DNA of 64,000 nt from an uncultured cyanobacterium (GTDB lineage: Bacteria > Cyanobacteriota > Cyanobacteriia > Cyanobacteriales > CAWUOF01): positions 7,104,001 to 7,168,000 of the forward strand of contig CAVUSO010000001.1 in the NCBI GenBank assembly GCA_963744145.1, in the 5' to 3' direction. Positions 31,225 to 39,618 of this stretch are shown here, one piece after another; within the stretch, counting starts at the first letter, position 1; every line of letters begins with the position of its first letter. Under the pieces are notes generated by a model, which saw only the letters and a list, made by a program, of their open reading frames with translations, was not told the origin of the DNA and did not search any database. The translations under genes and the position numbers were made by a program.

Positions 31225-31392
31225 TTAGAAAGGGTTAGAGGGTTGGGTTGGTTGTGCGTAACAAGGACAAACAGAATCTCCACAGGCACAAGCCCCAACA
31301 ACCCCTTGCAATTGCTCCATCGCAAGTTGATTGAGTTGCTTCATTCCCCGCTGAGTTCCTGTGCGCTTTAGAGGTTGGTTAGATTTAGCCAT
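31225..31392 (-). CDS. Double-glycine-type RiPP/bacteriocin precursor, Cys-rich core (55 aa)
   Basis: Hand-translated: MAKSNQPLKRTGTQRGMKQLNQLAMEQLQGVVGA-CACGDSVCPCYAQPTQPSNPF*. SD-like AAAAGGTACAGGG upstream; heads the C39 exporter operon. Confidence 0.8.
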   Translation of the reverse strand: MAKSNQPLKRTGTQRGMKQLNQLAMEQLQGVVGACACGDSVCPCYAQPTQPSNPF

Positions 31393-31850
31393 ATCCCTGT
31401 ACCTTTTGAGTATTAATTGGTTGACCTCTTTATTAGAATTCTTTTTTTCTGATCATGCTGTGTTCTTGGCCACAGGCTGTAAGTGTTTCCGATCACTTGC
31501 CAACTACTCGTTCCATGCCTATAATCGCGATTCGTGATGGGGCGTGATGGCAGAGAAAATCAGAAAGCCGCGATCGCCTCAGTCCACTAGAAAATATAGC
31601 GATCGCGATTAGACCAGCAAGCAAAAGTCAGTCCCACCATCAAAAATTAATCTTGTGGGACACTCAGCTTGACTATCCTAGTTATTTTGGCTTTCTTGTC
31701 TATATGTGGATGGAACGCAAGCGATCGCTGGTTGGGGATGAGCATGGCGATCGCCTTGACCAGCCAATTATCTAAGGTACGATAATTTCCATGATTTTCA
31801 GCTACAATTAGTTAATTGGCCAAAAAAATCAATAAAAAAGGATAATCCCG

Positions 31851-32177
31851 ATGACAGAAAGACTAGATAGAATAGAAGCTGTGATCGAAGCCAATTCAGC
31901 CCAAATTCAAGCCAATTCAGCCCAAATTCAAACCAATTCAGCCACAATTGCAGAACTGGGCACTAGGATCAATTCATTGATGCAAGTTGTAGAAATCAAT
32001 CAACGTAATCAGGAAGTAAGCCAAGCTGAACTGAGTGCTGCGGTCAATTCATTGTTGCAAGTTGTAGAAATACATCAACGCAACTTTGAGGTGATTATGA
32101 ATGAAATTAGAGGGATTCGTACAGAAAACCAACGCATATTAGAACATTTATTTGGTCAACCAGAAAATGGAAAATGA
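31851..32177 (+). CDS. Small coiled-coil hypothetical protein with internal repeats
   Basis: ANSAQIQ repeats, NSLxQVVEIxQRN twice, C-terminal IRGIRTENQRILEHLFG; SD AAAGGA. Confidence 0.75.
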   Translation: MTERLDRIEAVIEANSAQIQANSAQIQTNSATIAELGTRINSLMQVVEINQRNQEVSQAELSAAVNSLLQVVEIHQRNFEVIMNEIRGIRTENQRILEHLFGQPENGK

Positions 32178-32252
32178 ACGCACTTTTTTAGGTACTACGA
32201 TCGCCGACAAATTCATAACTCTGGTTTCTTTGGCTCCCGCTATTTTCAATTA

Positions 32253-32358
32253 GGCGATCGCTTTGCCCCAAACCTGGGTCGCGGATTAACAACTATTATA
32301 ACTGAATAAGACCAATTTTACACTTCAGCTGCACTAGGAAAGCAGAGACTACCGACCT
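32253..32358. repeat. 106-bp direct repeat, copy 1
   Basis: ggcgatcgctttgccccaaacc...ctaccgacct, nearly identical to 32966-33071. Confidence 0.9.
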
Positions 32359-32371
32359 TATTAGTGCCTGT

Positions 32372-32707
32372 CTATGCTACTCCAAACCCCGTATACTCTC
32401 GGACATAGCGAGGTTGAAGTCCCAAGACGATATCTTCTTTAGTCACACCTATTTCTACTAATTCTTCAGCGATACTTTTGTCTGTTTGATTGCGCTGAAT
32501 CCAGATTTTGCCATCTTTGATATCCAAGTGAATAAAGCAGTTATAAACGCGGTGATGTTCATTCCATCCCAAATCGATAATTAGATAGCGATCGCGTTCT
32601 TTATCAAAAACTACTTCCACTTCTATTTCACCATTAATAGGTGGTGACTTCCCGTATGCTAATAACAACTTTTCAATACACTGACGATAATACTCTAGTT
32701 TATCCAT
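32372..32707 (-). CDS. xisI: XisI family protein
   Basis: MDKLEYYRQ, FDKERDRY, IHLDIKDGKIWIQ, EDIVLG. Confidence 0.9.
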   Translation of the reverse strand: MDKLEYYRQCIEKLLLAYGKSPPINGEIEVEVVFDKERDRYLIIDLGWNEHHRVYNCFIHLDIKDGKIWIQRNQTDKSIAEELVEIGVTKEDIVLGLQPRYVREYTGFGVA

Positions 32708-32805
32708 CTGACGATTTCCTCCTTAACCGGATCGTATACAATTATTTTTACTTGGTATTTTTTTACTGAAGTTTTGGCTAACTCACGCTGGAAAAAAGAT
32801 TCATT
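32696..32805 (-). pseudogene. xisH: C-terminal remnant of xisH
   Basis: Minus frame NESFFQRELAKTSVKKYQVKIIVYDPVKEEIVRWIN* overlaps the xisI start; the 5' part is missing. Confidence 0.7.
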
Positions 32806-32965
32806 GATTTATATTCCTGACCTTATTCAACGATATATTAATTTGCACCAATTCTTGAGTGCGATCGCCCACAGTAATTAAGTCAGCACCTCGTCCTACT
32901 CTTTTCCCAGGTTTCAGCGATTTAATCTAGCAAAACCCAAAAATTCGTTCAACTCCGCCAAAGTC

Positions 32966-33071
32966 GGCGATCGCTTTGCCCCAAACCTGAGTCGCGGATT
33001 AACAACTATTATAGCTGAATAAGACCAATTTTACACTTCACCTGCACTAGGAAAGCAGGGACTACCGACCT
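32966..33071. repeat. 106-bp direct repeat, copy 2
   Basis: See copy 1. Confidence 0.9.
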
Positions 33072-33225
33072 CTGGACTGCGAAACATAATTAGTGATTGT
33101 CCTTCTTTCGTGACGGCGATAGGAGTTATAATTATACCGTATAATTTTTGCAGCAATTGTAGTTGATCTACTTGATGAAGATAGAGCAATGGTGATGTGT
33201 TAACAATAACTTTGTTTTCAGGCAT
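33031..33225 (-). pseudogene. Truncated DUF3368/PIN-like toxin
   Basis: VIVNTSPLLYLHQVDQLQLLQKLYGIIITPIAVTKE, then unrelated sequence running into the repeat. Confidence 0.7.
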
Positions 33226-33469
33226 TATTTACATCTCTCTCTAATTCTTCAGTCGTTAATGAAAAGGTAGATACCTGATATTGGCCTAGTAAAATAAGGA
33301 ATTGGACTCGTGGCATTCCGGCTAACTGAGCAGCCCGTCCAGATGACAATTTACCCAGTTCAAATAATTTCACAGCTGCTAAAATTTGCAATTCTCTGGC
33401 AATAGTTTCCCTGGTTTCTTTTAGGCTGATTAATACCTCTTCGGGAATTTCGATAGACACGGTACTCAT
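33218..33469 (-). CDS. UPF0175-family antitoxin-like protein
   Basis: AAVKLFELGKLSSGRAAQLAGM; overlaps the downstream PIN-like gene. Confidence 0.85.
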   Translation of the reverse strand: MSTVSIEIPEEVLISLKETRETIARELQILAAVKLFELGKLSSGRAAQLAGMPRVQFLILLGQYQVSTFSLTTEELERDVNNA

Positions 33470-33524
33470 ATTTAAAATATAGTAGGATATCTTGATAATT
33501 ATAGCTTAACGCTCAGTTTATTAT

Positions 33525-33785
33525 ATGTCTAAATCTGAAATTACTATCACTGTCAAACTCTTTGCTGCTTACCAAGAAGCTTATGGAGTACCTGAACTAA
33601 TCCTCAAATTTCCCGAACACACTCCCGTCCTATCTGTGTGCGATCGGCTCCTTTCGGAACATCCAGAACTTAATTTTTTGCGTAATCTTACCCGTTTTGG
33701 GGTTAATCTCAACTTCGTCGCTCCCGATACTTTACTCCAAGATGGGGACGAAGTTGTCTTAATCCCTCCTGTGAGCGGTGGTTAA
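33525..33785 (+). CDS. MoaD/ThiS-family sulfur carrier (MoaD-like)
   Basis: VKLFAAYQE, C-terminal IPPVSGG. Confidence 0.9.
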   Translation: MSKSEITITVKLFAAYQEAYGVPELILKFPEHTPVLSVCDRLLSEHPELNFLRNLTRFGVNLNFVAPDTLLQDGDEVVLIPPVSGG

Positions 33786-33809
33786 ACTCCATTTCTGACC
33801 TCAAAAATT

Positions 33810-33834
33810 ATACCCGACAAAATTTGTCGGATAT
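33810..33834. promoter_or_regulatory. 25-bp palindromic operator resembling IscR/Rrf2 type-1 sites
   Basis: ATACCCGACAAAATTTGTCGGATAT, immediately upstream of a -35 box. Confidence 0.55.
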
Positions 33835-33836
33835 GT

Positions 33837-33865
33837 TTGACGATATTTGTTGCTAGTGCTACTAT
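33837..33865 (+). promoter_or_regulatory. Sigma70-type promoter of the thrC-like operon
   Basis: TTGACG-17 bp-TACTAT with an extended TGn. Confidence 0.6.
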
Positions 33866-33904
33866 CAACCAAACATTGAATAAATCGCGGGAGCTAGTCC
33901 ACCT

Positions 33905-35209
33905 ATGACCGTGACCACTAAAATCGAAACCCAATCTACAACAGCCACTTTTAAAAGTCTGAAGTGTAAAGAGTGTGGCTCAGAATATGAACCTCAAGCA
34001 ATCCACGTCTGTGAATTCTGTTTTGGACCGCTAGAAGTAAGCTATGACTATGAAGCTCTAACTCGTCACGTTACTCGTGAAAGTATTCAAGCTGGACCAA
34101 ATTCAATTTGGCGCTATCGTCCATTTTTACCAGTAGCTACAGATAATGTTATTGATGTGGGCACAGGAATGACCCCCCTAGTGCGATCGCAGCGTCTCGC
34201 CAGACGACTGGGCTTAAAAAATCTTTATATTAAAAATGATGCTGTGAATATGCCCACCCTGAGTTTTAAAGATCGGGTAGTATCCGTGGCGTTAACTCGG
34301 GCTAGAGAATTAGGTTTTACTACTGTATCCTGTGCTAGTACGGGAAATTTAGCTAATTCCACCGCAGCGATCGCAGCTCATGCTGGTTTAGATTGTTGTG
34401 TATTTATCCCCTCAGATTTAGAATCAGGCAAAGTTTTAGGGACTCTAATTTACGGACCGAAAGTGATGGCTGTTCACGGTAATTACGATCAAGTGAACCG
34501 TCTATGTTGTGAAGTTGCTAATACCCACGGTTGGGGATTTGTGAATATTAATTTACGTCCTTATTATTCAGAAGGTTCCAAAACTCTTGGTTATGAAGTT
34601 GCCGAACAATTAGGGTGGCAACTACCAGATCATATAGTTGCTCCTCTAGCTTCCGGTTCCTTATTTACAAAAATTTATAAAGGTTTCCAAGAATTTACTC
34701 AAGTTGGTTTAGTCGATGGCAAAAATGTGCGCTTCAGTGGAGCCCAAGCGGAAGGATGTTCTCCCATTGCTCAAGCTTATCGGGAAGGAAGAGATTTTGT
34801 CACACCAGTAAAACCTAATACAATTGCCAAATCGATCGCGATCGGTAATCCTGCTGATGGAATTTATGCTCTAGAAATCGCTCGCAAAACTGGTGGGCAA
34901 ATTGAATCCGTTAATGATCCAGAAATTATTGAAGGGATTAAATTATTAGCAGAAACCGAAGGAATCTTTACCGAAACTGCTGGGGGGACAACGGTTGCGG
35001 TCTTGAAGAAATTAGTAGAAGCAGGTAAAATCGACCCAGAGGAAACCACCGTAGTCTATATCACTGGTAATGGCTTGAAAACACAGGAAGCTGTTCAAGG
35101 ATATATCGGTGAACCCTTGACCATTGAAGCAAAACTTGATAGTTTCGAGCGTGCTTTAGAGCGATCGCATACACTCGATCGCTTGGAATGGCAACAAGTG
35201 CTAGTCTAA
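33905..35209 (+). CDS. thrC: Threonine synthase-family PLP enzyme with N-terminal Zn-ribbon (usually annotated thrC)
   Basis: PTLSFKDR, CASTGN, ITGNGLK; CKEC...CEFC at the N-terminus. Confidence 0.8.
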   Translation: MTVTTKIETQSTTATFKSLKCKECGSEYEPQAIHVCEFCFGPLEVSYDYEALTRHVTRESIQAGPNSIWRYRPFLPVATDNVIDVGTGMTPLVRSQRLARRLGLKNLYIKNDAVNMPTLSFKDRVVSVALTRARELGFTTVSCASTGNLANSTAAIAAHAGLDCCVFIPSDLESGKVLGTLIYGPKVMAVHGNYDQVNRLCCEVANTHGWGFVNINLRPYYSEGSKTLGYEVAEQLGWQLPDHIVAPLASGSLFTKIYKGFQEFTQVGLVDGKNVRFSGAQAEGCSPIAQAYREGRDFVTPVKPNTIAKSIAIGNPADGIYALEIARKTGGQIESVNDPEIIEGIKLLAETEGIFTETAGGTTVAVLKKLVEAGKIDPEETTVVYITGNGLKTQEAVQGYIGEPLTIEAKLDSFERALERSHTLDRLEWQQVLV

Positions 35210-35279
35210 ATTATTATCACCAGGTAATAGGTGGAAAAATCTATTACCAGTCAACCTCTCACGAATCACCTAAATAACC

Positions 35280-35555
35280 ATGGCTGTTAAAGTTTTAATC
35301 CCCACTACCCTGCAAAAATTTACTAACGAGCAAGCTACGATCGAATGTACCACCGATAGCGTTGCAGGTTTAATTAATTCTCTAGGAAACGACTACCCGG
35401 AAATGAAAGCACGTATTTGTGATGAGAATGGAGAACCACGTCGGTTTCTGAATTTTTACGTTAATACTGAAGATATCCGCTTTTTACAAGGTACTAAAAC
35501 CCTTCTCAAAGACGGGGATGAGGTTAGTATTGTACCTGCGGTTGCTGGTGGTTAA
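35280..35555 (+). CDS. MoaD/ThiS-family (CysO-like) sulfur carrier
   Basis: [24 protein letters not shown]-terminal PAVAGG. Confidence 0.9.
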   Translation: MAVKVLIPTTLQKFTNEQATIECTTDSVAGLINSLGNDYPEMKARICDENGEPRRFLNFYVNTEDIRFLQGTKTLLKDGDEVSIVPAVAGG

Positions 35556-35580
35556 TTAAACATAGCAACTAATTTATTAA

Positions 35581-35624
35581 AGCACGCAGATCCGATTTAT
35601 GATTCTGCGTGCTGCTTTTTTTTT
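35581..35624 (+). terminator. Intrinsic terminator
   Basis: AGCACGCAGA...TCTGCGTGCT followed by a T run. Confidence 0.75.
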
Positions 35625-35746
35625 GATATTTCTAATACTAATCGAGGGAAAATGTCAACCCGATCGCGATCGACAAAAGTGTGGGAAAAACTCCGATCGC
35701 GATCAGCTTAAATAGTTGCGTGAAGAAGTAATTTTAATAGTTATTT

Positions 35747-36682
35747 TTAAAGAGAATAAACTGCTTTGATAAATTGCTCAGAAATAAAGGGCAATATTGC
35801 CTCATTTTTACTATTTGCTTTACCCTCAGTAAACACAACCAATAAATAGGGTCGTCCGGTTGGTAATTCAATATAAGCAGAATCGTGACGAACTTGACTG
35901 GTTAAACCAGCTTTCGACCATAATTGGGCATTTTGGGGTAGTCCACTACCGAAAAAACCTGTCACCTGATTTTCAGGATCATCCTTTAAATCTTGGGGAT
36001 TCAAACTACGTTTCATTAAACCCATCATCACCTGAGACATGGGTGATGATACAGCTACCCCACCAACAATACTATGTAACAACCTAGCTGTAGCATTAGT
36101 AGTCAGCATATTGCGGTTTTCCATCAATTCTCCTAAAAAAATTCTTTCCCGACCGTATGGTCCATCACACCAGGTTTTTTGATTGACATTAATTAGGTCT
36201 AATTCGGACCAACCTAAAGACTTAAAATAACGATTAACAATATTTCGTTGTTGTTTCCATGTCTCATAGGGACTTGAAGGTAATTCTGGACCGCTCGTGG
36301 TGCCGGTTAAAACATCTAAGACTAAACTGGTCGCATCGTTGCTAGAGTGAATAATCATGTCTTGAATTGCTCTTTCTAGCTCCGGTGAGGTTTGAATCAT
36401 TTCTTGATCTAACCATTCACAAACTGCTACGAGGTAAAAAAGCTTCACAATACTAGCTGGATAAATCCGTTCATCCGCGCGATATCCATAACCCCGAACT
36501 TGATGTTTCCAAAATTCGATTGGGCTTAAGGCACCTCCAGTATTAACTGGTACTGGTGGATCGTAAACTATCCAAGTACAGGCAATTTGATTTCTTGCTA
36601 GTTCTGGAAATTCTGCCCAAGTTGCTTCTAAAATAGCCGTGGTAATTGTTTGTAGTTGTTCGTCTTGGCGAAAAAAAGTCAT
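35747..36682 (-). CDS. Serine hydrolase, class A beta-lactamase-like
   Basis: PASIVK (SxxK), SSNDAT, WSKAG. Confidence 0.85.
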   Translation of the reverse strand: MTFFRQDEQLQTITTAILEATWAEFPELARNQIACTWIVYDPPVPVNTGGALSPIEFWKHQVRGYGYRADERIYPASIVKLFYLVAVCEWLDQEMIQTSPELERAIQDMIIHSSNDATSLVLDVLTGTTSGPELPSSPYETWKQQRNIVNRYFKSLGWSELDLINVNQKTWCDGPYGRERIFLGELMENRNMLTTNATARLLHSIVGGVAVSSPMSQVMMGLMKRSLNPQDLKDDPENQVTGFFGSGLPQNAQLWSKAGLTSQVRHDSAYIELPTGRPYLLVVFTEGKANSKNEAILPFISEQFIKAVYSL

Positions 36683-36733
36683 AAGATTAGTTAAGGTTAT
36701 TGGTTAATCAATCAAGTATAGATAATAAATATC

Positions 36734-37486
36734 ATGGTAGAAATCACCCAAATTCGATCTGATCTAACTTCTGAGCAGGTTGCTACTCAGGAGTATTGTT
36801 GTGTAGCGAACCTGAACATTTATAATGGCCCTAATTCCGATCGCTTGGCAACTCAGGCAGCAATTGGACGACACTTGCGTATTTTACCCCCATCTGAGCA
36901 AGAAAATCCCAATTTCGAGGGAAATTTTTACCAAATCCAACTATGTGAAGATGATTATCCTGGTTGGTTGTCCATTAGCGATCTCGAACATCTGGAATTT
37001 GCTGATTCTGCTTATCAAGCGATCGCACTATCTGAGTCAGATATCCACAACCGCTTACCAGATGCGATCGCATTTACCTTAAAAGCCATGAACCAACCAA
37101 ACGAGTATCTCTGGGGGGGCACAATTGGACCAAATTATGATTGTTCTGGTTTAATTCAAGCAGCTTTTGCCGCGCATCAGATTTGGCTTCCTCGAGATGC
37201 TTATCAACAAGAAGCTTTTACTACTCCCATTAATTTAGCTGACCTGCAACCGGGCGACCTAATATTTTTTGGCTCACCTGAAAAAGCTACTCATGTAGGA
37301 CTATATTTGGGTGAAAATCAATATATCCATAGTTCAGGTCAGAGTCAAGGTCGCAATGGGATTGGGATAGATATATTATCAGATACTGGGGACAGGGTTA
37401 GTCAAACCTATTATCGTCAACTAAGAGGAGCGGGTCGCATTATGACTAGTTATCAGCCTAGTGGCAAAAGTAAAAATTGGCTTTAA
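36734..37486 (+). CDS. NlpC/P60 (C40) peptidase with SH3-like N-terminus
   Basis: YLWGG, YDCSG, LPRDAYQQ, PGDLIFF, HVGLY. Confidence 0.9.
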   Translation: MVEITQIRSDLTSEQVATQEYCCVANLNIYNGPNSDRLATQAAIGRHLRILPPSEQENPNFEGNFYQIQLCEDDYPGWLSISDLEHLEFADSAYQAIALSESDIHNRLPDAIAFTLKAMNQPNEYLWGGTIGPNYDCSGLIQAAFAAHQIWLPRDAYQQEAFTTPINLADLQPGDLIFFGSPEKATHVGLYLGENQYIHSSGQSQGRNGIGIDILSDTGDRVSQTYYRQLRGAGRIMTSYQPSGKSKNWL

Positions 37487-37528
37487 TATCTAAATTGGTG
37501 TGAGATATTAAGAAAAAATTACAATTCC

Positions 37529-38536
37529 ATGAGCATTTCCTTAGTCCAAGAGCAAAAATCTTTGCACAACAGTAGATCTACCAAACCAAACCTACAAGTA
37601 TCCGTAGTTATCCCGATTAAAAACGAAGTAGAAAGCTTACCCCATCTGATTGAATCAATTTCTACCAGTCTAACTACCAGTCAGCTTACCTATGAAATTA
37701 TCTGTATCGATGATGGATCTAAGGATGGTTCAGTGGAATTGCTCAAAAAACAAGCAAGATTACGGACTGACTTGAAAGCTGTAATTTTACGACGTAATTA
37801 TGGTCAAAGTGCGGCAATGTCCGCTGGATTTAATTATGCTCAAGGTCAGATAATTATCACCTTGGATGGTGACTTGCAAAATGACCCCGCCGATATACCT
37901 TTATTATTAGCTAAACTAGAAGAAGGATATGATTTAGTCAGTGGTTGGCGTCAAGATAGACAGGATGCGACCTTAACTCGTCTGATTCCCTCAAAAATAG
38001 CTAATTGGCTAATTGGAAAAGTGACAGGTGTAAACATCCATGATTATGGTTGTTCTTTAAAAGCATATCGCTCCGAATTGGTAGCTGATTTAAACCTCTA
38101 TGGTGAGTTACATCGATTTTTACCCGCGTTAGCATTTATTGAAGGTGCCCGAATTGCGGAATTACCTGTACGTCATCATGCGCGTCGTTATGGTAAAAGT
38201 AAATATGGTTTGAGTCGAACTTTTCGAGTGTTGATGGATTTGTTTACCATCTGGTTTATGAAAACCTTTTTAACTCGTCCGATGCACGTATTTGGGCTGG
38301 GAGGAATGTTATCTATTATCTTGGGAATTTTACTGGGAACTTATTTAACTTTTCTGAAATTAGAACTTGGTCAAAGTATTGGTAATCGACCTTTGTTAAT
38401 TTTGGTAGTGTTATTAGTAGTGACAGGGATACAGTTACTAAGTTTTGGGTTACTAGCGGAATTATTAATGCGAACTTATCACGAATCTCAAGGACGTCCA
38501 ATCTATCGAGTTAGGGAGGTAGTATCAGGACCTTAA
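37529..38536 (+). CDS. Glycosyltransferase family 2 (polyprenyl-phosphate sugar transferase-like)
   Basis: IDDGSKD, RRNYGQ, LDGDLQND, two C-terminal TM helices. Confidence 0.9.
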   Translation: MSISLVQEQKSLHNSRSTKPNLQVSVVIPIKNEVESLPHLIESISTSLTTSQLTYEIICIDDGSKDGSVELLKKQARLRTDLKAVILRRNYGQSAAMSAGFNYAQGQIIITLDGDLQNDPADIPLLLAKLEEGYDLVSGWRQDRQDATLTRLIPSKIANWLIGKVTGVNIHDYGCSLKAYRSELVADLNLYGELHRFLPALAFIEGARIAELPVRHHARRYGKSKYGLSRTFRVLMDLFTIWFMKTFLTRPMHVFGLGGMLSIILGILLGTYLTFLKLELGQSIGNRPLLILVVLLVVTGIQLLSFGLLAELLMRTYHESQGRPIYRVREVVSGP

Positions 38537-38578
38537 TGATCTCGAACCGCATTTAGTTCCCTGTAAAAGAGGTTGACA

Positions 38579-39295
38579 ATGGCTAAGGATGTTTTCCATC
38601 AACAAGTCAAAAACGCTTTAATTAAAGATGGCTGGAATATTACCCATGATCCTCTAACAATTTGGATTAGTGAAGCAGTCAAATTACAAATTGATTTGGC
38701 CGCAGAAAGTACGATCACCGCAGAACGGGACTCAGAAAAAATAGCTGTAGAAATTAAAAGCTTTATTGGAGACTCAGATATTAGCGCCTTTCATACTGCA
38801 TTAGGGCAATATCTTAACTATTGCCAAGCACTTGAAGAACAAGAACCAGATCGAATTGTTTATTTAGCAATTCCTATGGAAACTTATCATACCAATTAAC
38901 TATGAAATTGCACTTAATCTGAGGTTGATCTGTTAGGCCAGGGCAGGTTTATAATGGTGATCTGTTGGTGGCAAAATTGACTGGTGAACCTGCCCCTACC
39001 AGTTTTATCCTCAATTTGCGGATTTCTGTAGTAGGGGCGGGTTCGCCCAGATTTTTGAAATTTACCAATTAATTAGAAAAACCCGCCCGGGTTCACCGAG
39101 ATGTTTGACATTTACCTACTAATCATCAAAACCCACCCTCACCCACAGATCAATATACATCAATGTATCTTCATGGTGAATTGGTATCAGGATTTTTTTC
39201 AGCTTTACTTTATTCAACGTTCTCTTAAACGTTTCCAAGTCAAGCTGATGATTTACGATCCTAAACAGGAGGAGATCAAGCAATGGATAAAGTAG
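38579..39295 (+). pseudogene. xisH: xisH interrupted by a 297-bp MITE
   Basis: MAKDVFHQQVKNALIKDGW...AVEIKSF...IPMETY / QDFFQ...YDPKQEEIKQWIK; removing the insert restores the frame. Confidence 0.85.
38890..39186. mobile_element. MITE with terminal inverted repeats and a TCA target duplication
   Basis: TACCAATTAACTATGAA ... TTCATGGTGAATTGGTA, flanked by TCA at 38887-38889 and 39187-39189; internal GTAGGGGCGGGTT-type palindromes. Confidence 0.8.
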
Positions 39296-39618
39296 AACAG
39301 TATCGACAATTTATTAAGCAAATTTTGACAGAACACGCCGAAATTGCTACCACTACTGATCCAGTAAAAGCAGAATTAATATTTGATTCCGAACATGACC
39401 ATTATCAACTCGCATTCGTGGGTTGGCAGGGAGATAAGCGAGTCTTTGGCCCAGTGATGCACTTTGATATTCAAGATGGCAAAATCTGGATTCAGTATAA
39501 CGGTACGGAAGATTTGGTGGCAGAAAGATTGGTTGAGATGGGTGTACCGACTTCAGATATCGTTCTCGGTTTTCATTCCGCTTTTAAACGCCAATTTACT
39601 CGTTATGCAGTTGGTTAA
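39283..39618 (+). CDS. xisI: XisI family protein
   Basis: MDKVEQYRQ, FDSEHDHYQL, GKIWIQYNGTE, DIVLGF. Confidence 0.9.
   Translation: MDKVEQYRQFIKQILTEHAEIATTTDPVKAELIFDSEHDHYQLAFVGWQGDKRVFGPVMHFDIQDGKIWIQYNGTEDLVAERLVEMGVPTSDIVLGFHSAFKRQFTRYAVG

Noticed and set aside
31090..31227. Selenocysteine or stop read-through extension of the precursor
   Set aside because: The first stop and most later ones are TAA, so recoding is implausible.
31225..31392. Lanthipeptide, azole or ranthipeptide assignment of the precursor
   Set aside because: No LanM/LanBC, YcaO or radical SAM maturase lies in the cluster. A trans-acting enzyme cannot be excluded from this window.
39101..39295. Separate 64-aa gene
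   Set aside because: MITE sequence fused to the xisH C-terminus.
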